DNA of 64,000 nucleotides from positions 1-64,000 of the forward strand of contig RDEW01000087.1 in assembly GCA_011109175.1 (NCBI GenBank), in the 5' to 3' direction. How positions within the stretch are numbered: position 1 is the first letter of the stretch; each line of letters opens with the position of its first letter. The stretch comes from Dicyema japonicum (taxonomy: Eukaryota > Animalia > Dicyemida). Position numbers and translations under genes: made by a program. The notes under the pieces are model-generated. The model saw nothing but the letters and a program-made list of their open reading frames with translations. It ran no database searches and had not been told where the DNA came from. Shown here piece after piece: positions 63,390-64,000 of the stretch.

Positions 63390-63820
63390 TAATGGTTGAG
63401 GTTGGTGACGCATCTCAAATTGCACTAATGTCTTTTCACTATTTTCAAACTCTCTGTTCACGTCGTCGATCAAAAAGAGGTCACTCTGCCAGGATCTGAA
63501 ACGATACTGCAAGAGACAATAGTTAAAAAAGGACTTAACGCACAAATTGCTGACTACGACCTTATTTTGCTTCTTTGGACTGTCACTTCTACGGAATGGG
63601 CTTTGCGGTGGACATCAGACTCCGGGAATATACAAAAAGAATATAGAAAGTGAATGACAGAATTTGCGTAATTCAATTGGAAACTGGATTTAACTATATG
63701 CATAAATGTATATGCACCTATATCTCCAAAAGTATCTATAAACCTTACGGAACTTTATGACTTTTACAGTTTACTATCCACAATTCTTATGGAAATATCC
63801 TCGAGCTACCTACTTTACAT
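63390..63820 (+). mobile_element. Duplicate of the RTE 5' part at 36595-37010
   Basis: Same 5' motif and degraded APE; homology stops at about 63820. Confidence 0.75.
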
Positions 63821-64000
63821 ATATCAAACAACACTGTGTACGAAAGAATCAATTGCTACGCAATTTTGATTAATTCACAAAAATATGGTGGAGACTCTTT
63901 GGACTTGTATTTATAATAAAACTGGAAGCTTAGATTAACGCGACGAGAGATTACTTTTTTCTTCATTGACCATTCTATAGTTGATCTTTGACAATGACCC

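Larger units (their letters stand above)
53600..63820 (+). repeat. Segmental duplication copy 3 (four large deletions, one RTE insertion)
   Basis: Colinear with copies 1 and 2. Confidence 0.9.

Noticed and set aside
1-64000. CRISPR array or prokaryotic defence system
   Set aside because: No regularly spaced repeat-spacer array or bacterial gene organisation; repeats are transposon tails and duplications.

Overview
AT-rich, repeat-dominated eukaryotic (most likely animal) DNA; no prokaryotic operons or CRISPR arrays. The ORF track misses most host genes because they are split by tiny 20-30 nt spliceosomal introns (GT-AG, one GC-AG). Removing these by hand gives RAD9, a tandem doublecortin (DCDC2-like) gene, SPRING1/C12orf49, CHORDC1 (one homopolymer frameshift), two LSm3 pseudogenes, and three lineage-specific secreted or surface protein families. 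This intron size suggests a reduced parasitic animal such as a dicyemid or myxozoan (inference only). The rest is decayed transposons: RTE, L2/Jockey-like, R4/Dong-like and CRE-like non-LTR elements, a hAT (Buster-type), Merlin, and a 3.3-kb TSD-flanked insertion. The right half holds three copies of a segmental duplication (about 26.7-37.0, 43.9-51.1 and 53.6-63.8 kb) whose comparison reveals empty versus filled insertion sites. Highlights: a Merlin transposase carrying a 28-nt micro-intron, a tRNA-like head on an RTE 5' UTR, a covarying 3' hairpin shared by diverged LINEs, a conserved RTE 5'-terminal motif, and fast-diverging surface proteins. All calls are from manual reading and remembered family motifs; no database searches were run, and element boundaries are approximate unless stated.
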